A stretch of 64,000 nt of DNA, taken from NCBI RefSeq assembly GCF_009914755.1, contig NC_060932.1; one strand, written 5' to 3'. Source of the DNA: the human T2T-CHM13v2.0 reference genome, Homo sapiens. The notes under the pieces were generated by a model. That model saw only the letters and a program-made list of their open reading frames with translations. It was not told the origin of the DNA and did no database searches. Positions 58,001 to 64,000 of the stretch are shown piece by piece (within the stretch, counting starts at the first letter, position 1; every line of letters begins with the position of its first letter). Position numbers and translations under genes: made by a program.

Positions 58001-59311
58001 ATGGGGAAAAACTGAATAATCCCAGATAAAAACTAGGGAGAAGCTATCTGAAACTGCTTTGTGATGTGTTGATTCATCTCACAGAGTTAAACCTTTCTTT
58101 TGATTCAGCAGATTAGACACACTCTAACTGGATAATCTGTGAAGGGACATTTGGGAGCCCATTGAGGCCTGTGGGGAGAAACAAAATATCCAAAGATAAA
58201 ACTTAGAAAGAAGCTACCTGTGAAACTACTGTGTGATGTGTAGATTTATCTTACAGAGTTAAATTTATTTTTTGACTCAGCACGTTGGAAAAACTCTTTT
58301 TGTAAAATTTGCAAAGGGACATTTGGGAGCCCATTGTCTCTGTGGGGAAAAACAGAATATCCCTAGAAACAAATTGAAAAGAAGTTATTTTTGAAACTGC
58401 TGTGTGATTTGTGGATTCATCTAAAAGAGATAAACCTTCTTTTGATTCAGCAGGTTGGAAACACTCTCTTTGAAGGAGCTGTGAAGCTGCATTTTTTAGC
58501 CCATTGAGGCCAAAAAAAAAACCTGGAATATTCCCATGTAAAAACAACAATGAAGCTATCTGTCAAACTGCTTTCTGATAAGTGGATTCATCTTACAGAG
58601 TTAAACATTTCTTTTCATTCAGCAGGTTAGAAACACTCTTTTTGTAGAGTCTGCACAAAGACATTCAGTATCCCATTGAGTCCTGGGGAGAAAAACCAAA
58701 TATCCCAACATAAAAACTAGAAAAAAAAATCTTTGAAATTTATTTGTGATGTGTAGACTCATCTAACATAGCAAAACCTTTCTTTTGATTCAGCAAGTTG
58801 GAAACACTGTTCTTGAAGAATCTGTGAAGGGACATTTTGGAGCCCATTGTGGCCTATGGGGAAAAACGGAATATCCCCAGATAAGTACTAGAAAAAAGCT
58901 ATCCATGAGACTGCTTTGTGATGTGTGGATTCAGCTCACAGAGGTAAACCTTTCTTTTGATTCAGGTTTAAAACACCTTTTACAAAAATTGCGAAAAGAC
59001 ATTTTGTAGCCCATTGATGCTACAAACTTAAAAGAAGCTATTTGTGAAATGGCTTTGTGATTTGTGGACTCATCTCACAAAAGTAAACCTTTCTTTTCAT
59101 TAAGCAGGCTGGAAATGCTCTTTTTGGAGTATATGCAAAGGGATATTTGGGAGTCCTTTGGTGCATATAAGGAAAAACTGAATATCCCCAGATAAAAACT
59201 AGAAAGAAGCTATTTGTGAAACTAGTTTTTGATGTGTGGATTCAATTCACAGAGAAAAATATTTCTTTTGATTTAGCTGGTTGGGAACACGCTTTTTGGA
59301 GAATCTACAAA
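46083..59311 (+). repeat. Diverged monomeric alpha satellite, layer C
   Basis: ~172-bp units with TATGGGGAAAAA and frequent TTTTTGGAGAATC. Confidence 0.97.
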
Positions 59312-60279
59312 TGTAGGGGTGGGTTGCCCCTCCACACCGGTGGGTGTTTCTCGTAAGGTGGAAGGAGAGACTTAGGAAAGAAAAAGACACAGAGACAAAG
59401 TATACAGAAAGAAATAAGGGGACCCGGGAAACCAGCGTTCAGCATATGGAGGATCCCGCCAGCCTCTGAGTTCCCTTAGTATTTATTGATCATTCGTGGG
59501 TGCTTCTCGAAGAGGGGGATGTGTCAGGGTCACAAGACAATTGTGGGGAGAGGGTCAGCAGACAAACACGTGAACAAAGGTCTTTGCATCATAGACAATG
59601 TAAAGGACTAAGTGCTGTGCTTTTAGATATGCATACACATAAACATCTCAATGCTTTACAAAGCAGTATTGCTGCCCGCAAGTCCCACCTCCAGCCCTAA
59701 GGCAGTTTTTCCCTATCTCAGTAGATGGAGCATACAATCGGGTTTTATACCGAGACATTCCATTGCCCGGGGACAGGCAGGAGACAGATGCCTTCCTCTT
59801 GTCTCAACTGCAAGAGGCATTCCTTCCTCTTTTACTAATCCTCCTCAGCACAGACCCTTTACGGGTGTCGGGCTGGGGGATGGTCAGGTCTTTCCCTTCC
59901 CACGAGGCCATATTTCAGACTATCACATGGGGAGAAACCTTGGACAATACCTGGCTTTCCTAGGCAGAGGTCCCTGCGGCCTTCCGCAGTGTTTGTGTCC
60001 CTGGGTACTTGAGATTAGGGAGTGGTGATGACTCTTAAGGAGCATGCTGCCTTCAAGCATCTGTTTAACAAAGCACATCTTGCACCGCCCTTAATCCATT
60101 TAACTCTGAGTTGACACAGCACATGTTTCAGAGAGCACAGGGTTGGGGGTAAGGTTATAGATTAACAGAATCTCAAGGCAGAAGAATTTTTCTTAGTACA
60201 GAACAAAATGGAGTCTCCTATGTCTATTTCTTTCTACACAGACACAGTAACAATGTGATCTTTCTTGCTTTTCCCCACA
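59312..60279 (-). mobile_element. LTR5_Hs-like solo LTR (HERV-K HML-2)
   Basis: 968 bp; minus strand TGTGGGGAAAAGCAAG...CAACCCACCCCTACA; 6-bp TSD TACAAA (59306-59311; 60280-60285); CpGs largely retained. Confidence 0.95.
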
Positions 60280-63200
60280 TACAAAGGGACATTTCGGGGC
60301 CTCTTGAGGCCTAAGTGGAAAAAATGAATATCCCCAGGTGTAAAGTGCAAAGAAGCAATCTGTGGAACTGTTTTGTGATGTGTGGGTTCATGTCACACAA
60401 AGAAAGATTTCCTTTGATTCAGAAGATGGAAAACTCTCTTTTTGGATAATCTGCAAAGGGACAGTTTGCATCCCTTGGAGCCCTATGGGAAAAAGAACTG
60501 AATTTCCCCAGATAAAAACTAGATGGGAGCTCTCTGTGGAAATGCTTTGTGATAAGTGTATTTGACTCACAGAGTTAAACCTTTCTCTTGATTCAGCAGT
60601 TGAAAACACTCTTTTTGGATAAACTGCAAAGGGATATTTGGGAGCCCATTGAGGTCTATTGGGAAAAACTGAATATCTTCAGATTAAAAACTAGAAGGAA
60701 GAAGATTTCAGTGAAACTGCTTTGTTATGTGTGGATTCATCTCACAGAGTTCAACCAGCCTTTTGATTCAGCAAGTTGGAAACACTCTTTTTGTAGAATC
60801 TGTGAAGGGATATTTGGGTGCCCATTTAGGCCTATTAGGAAAAACTGAATATCTACAGATAAACGCTAGAAAGAAGCTCCCCAAGAAACTGCTTTGTGAA
60901 GTTTGGATTCGTCTCACAGAGGTAAACCATCCTTTCATTCCAGCAGATTAGAAACACTGGTTCTGTAGAATACGACAGGGGACTTTTGGGAGCCTTTTGA
61001 GGCCTATAAGTAAAAGCTGAATATCCACAGGGAAAAAAGCTAGAAAGAAGTGAACTGTGAAAATGGTTTGTTTCGTGTGGATTTATCTCACATAGCTAAA
61101 CCTTTCATTTTATCTAGAAGTTTGGAAACACTCTTTTTGGAGAATACTCAAAGGAAAATTTGAAAGTCCATTAAGGCCTATGGGGAAAAACAAAAAATCT
61201 CAAGATAAATACTAGAATGAAGTGATATGTGAAACTGCTTTGTGCTGTGTGGATTCATCTCACATACTTAAACCTTTCTTTGGATTCAGCAGATTGGAAA
61301 CACACTTTTCGGAGACTCTGTGAAGAGCTAAATTTGAGAGCCCCTTGAGGCCTATGGGAAAAACAGAATATCCCCAGATAAAAACTAGAAAGAAACTATT
61401 TGTGAAATGGCTTTGTGATGTGTAAATTCATCTCACAGAGTTAAACCAATCTTTTGATTCGATAGTCTGGAAATACTCATTTTGGAGTATCTGTGAAAGG
61501 ACATTTGGGAGCCCATTGTGGCCTACGGGGAAACACCAATATCCCCAGATAAAAACTAGTAAGAAGCTATCTGTGAAACTGCCTTGTGATGTGTGGATTC
61601 AACGCACAGAGTTAAATCTTTTTTTTTTGTATTCACCAAGTTGGAAACAGTCTTTTTACAAAATCTGTGAAATGCCCTTAGGGAGACAATTGAGGCCTAT
61701 TGCAAAAAAAACCCAGAATATCCCCAGTTACAAACTAGACAGAAGCTATCTGTGAAACTGCTTTGGGATGAGTGAATTCATCTCACAGAGTTAAATCTTT
61801 CTTTTTTTCAGCATTTTGGAAACACTGTTTTTGGAGTATCTGGGAAGGGACATTTGGGAGCTTATTTAGGCCTATGGGGAAAAAAAGAATATCCCCAGAT
61901 AAAAACTGGAAAGAAGCTATCTGTGAAAGTGCTTTGTGATGTGTGGATTCATCTCAGAGTTCAACCTTTCCCCTGATTCAGCAGGTTGGAACCACTCTTT
62001 TTGGAGAAACTGTGAAGGGATATTTCAGAGCCCATTGAGGCCTATGGGGAAAAGTTTAAAAAAAAACATTTGAAAACTAGAAAGAAGCTATCTGTGAAAC
62101 TGTTTTATGAGGTGTGGATTCTTCTCACAGAATTAAACCATTCTTTTGGTCCAGCAGGTTAGAAACACTGTCTCTGTAGAATCTGTGAAGGGACATTTTG
62201 GAGTCCTGTGAGGCCTATTACTAAAAATCGAATAAGCCCAGATAAAAAAGAAGAAAAAAGCTATCTGTGAAACTCCTTGTGAAGTGTATATTCATCTCAC
62301 ATAGATAAACTTTTTGTTTTATAAAGCAGGTTGGAAACACTCCTTTTGCAGAATCTTCAAAGGAACATTTGGGAGCCCATTAAGGTTTATGGGGAAAAAA
62401 CAAATATCCCAAGATAAAACTAGAAAGAAGCTATCTGTGAAACGGCTTTGTAATGGGGAAATTCATTTCACAGAGTTCAACCTTTCTTTTGATTCACCTG
62501 GTTGGAGAGACTTGTCTTCTAGAATTGGTAATGGGAAATTGGGAGCCCAATGTGGCTTATGGGGAAAAACAGAACATCCCCAGATAAAAAGTAGAAAAAA
62601 GTTATCTGTGAAACTGCTTTCTGATGTGTGGATTCATCTGACAGAATTAAGCTTTCCTTTGATTTGGCAGATGGGAAACACTCTTTTTGGAGAAACTGGG
62701 AAGGGACTTTTGGGGTCCATGTGGCCTATAGGAAAAAAGAGAATATCCACAGATAAAAACTAGAAAGAATATATCTGTGAAACAGCTTTTGACCTGTGGA
62801 CTTATCTCACGAAGTTACCAGTCTTTTGATTCAGTAGATTGGAAACACTCATTTCAGAGATTCTGCAATGTGACAATTGGGAGATCATTGAGGACTATGG
62901 GGAAAAACATAATATCCCCATATACAAGCAAGAAAGATGTTATATTCGAAACTGTTATGTGATATGTGTATTCACTTCACAGAGTTAAAACTTTCTTTTT
63001 GGTTTAATAGGTTAAAAACACTCTTTTTGTAGAATCTGTTATGGGACATATGGGAGCCCATTGAGGCCTATGGGAAAAAACTGAACATTTCTAGATAAAA
63101 ACTAGAAAGAATCTAATTGTGAAACTGCATTGTGATGTGTAGATTTATCTCACAGAGTTAAACCTTTCTTTTGATTCAGCATTTTGGAAACACTTCTTTC

Positions 63201-64000
63201 TGAGAAACTGTGAAGGGAAATTTGGGAGACCATTGATGCCTTTGGTAAAAAAAACATAGATAAAAACTAGATAGTAACTATCCGTGTAACTACTTTGTGA
63301 TGTGTGGATCCATCTCACAGAGTTTAACCATTTTCTTGACTCAGCTGGTTGGAAACCCTCTTTTTGGAGAATCTGTAAAGGGACATTTGATAGCCCATTG
63401 AGGCATATGGAAAAACCAAATATCCCCAGAAGAAAACTAGAAAGAAGCTATCTGTGAAACTGCTTTATGATATGTGGAATCAGTAAAACATTCTTTTGAT
63501 TCACCAGTTTGGAAATACAGTTTTTTATGAATCTGCAAAGGGATATTTGGGAGCGCATTGAGGGACATGGAAAAAAACACAATATGACAGGATAAAAACT
63601 AGAAAGAAGGTATCTCTGAAACTGCTTTGTGATGTGTGGATTCGTCTCACGGAGATGAAACTTTCTTTTGTTTAAGCAAGTTGGAAATACTCTTTTTGGA
63701 GAATCTGTGAAGGTACTTTTGAGAGCCAATTGTGGCCTACGGGGAAAAAGAAAATATCCCTGGATAAAAATTAGAAAGAACCTCTCTGTTAAACTGCTTT
63801 GTGATGTGTGGCTTCACCTCACTGAGTAGAATTTTCTTTTGGTTCAGCACGTTGGAAACACTCTTTTTGTAGAATCTGTGAAGGGATATTTTGGAGCACA
63901 CTAAGGCCTACGGGGAAAAACCAAATATCCCAAGATAAAAACTAGAAAGAAGCAGTCTGTGAAACAGCTTTGTGACACGTGGATTCATCTCACAGATAAA
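60280..64000 (+). repeat. Diverged monomeric alpha satellite, layer C
   Basis: ~172-bp units continuing to the window end. Confidence 0.97.

Overview
Hominid (probably human) pericentromeric heterochromatin with no host protein-coding or RNA genes. The backbone is one uninterrupted orientation of highly diverged, monomeric ~172-bp alpha satellite, all A-type with no CENP-B box seen, i.e. an old 'dead centromere' region. It has at least three sequence-distinct layers (about 1-40.2 kb, 40.8-43.9 kb and 44.4-64 kb) and many relic block duplications. Insertions are: a near-complete HERV-K14C/HML-9-like provirus (13797-22361, minus), three solo LTRs (LTR14-family, MER11, LTR5_Hs), a full-length SVA and a 5'-truncated L1PA that each carry a 3' transduction, a tiny truncated old SVA, and three AluY/Sc-like copies. 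The most notable observation is that the HML-9-like provirus keeps a complete rec-like double-splicing architecture encoding a ~100-aa Rec-like protein, which is inactivated in this copy. Subfamily names come from recalled consensus sequences, not database searches. Divergence figures are by-eye counts.
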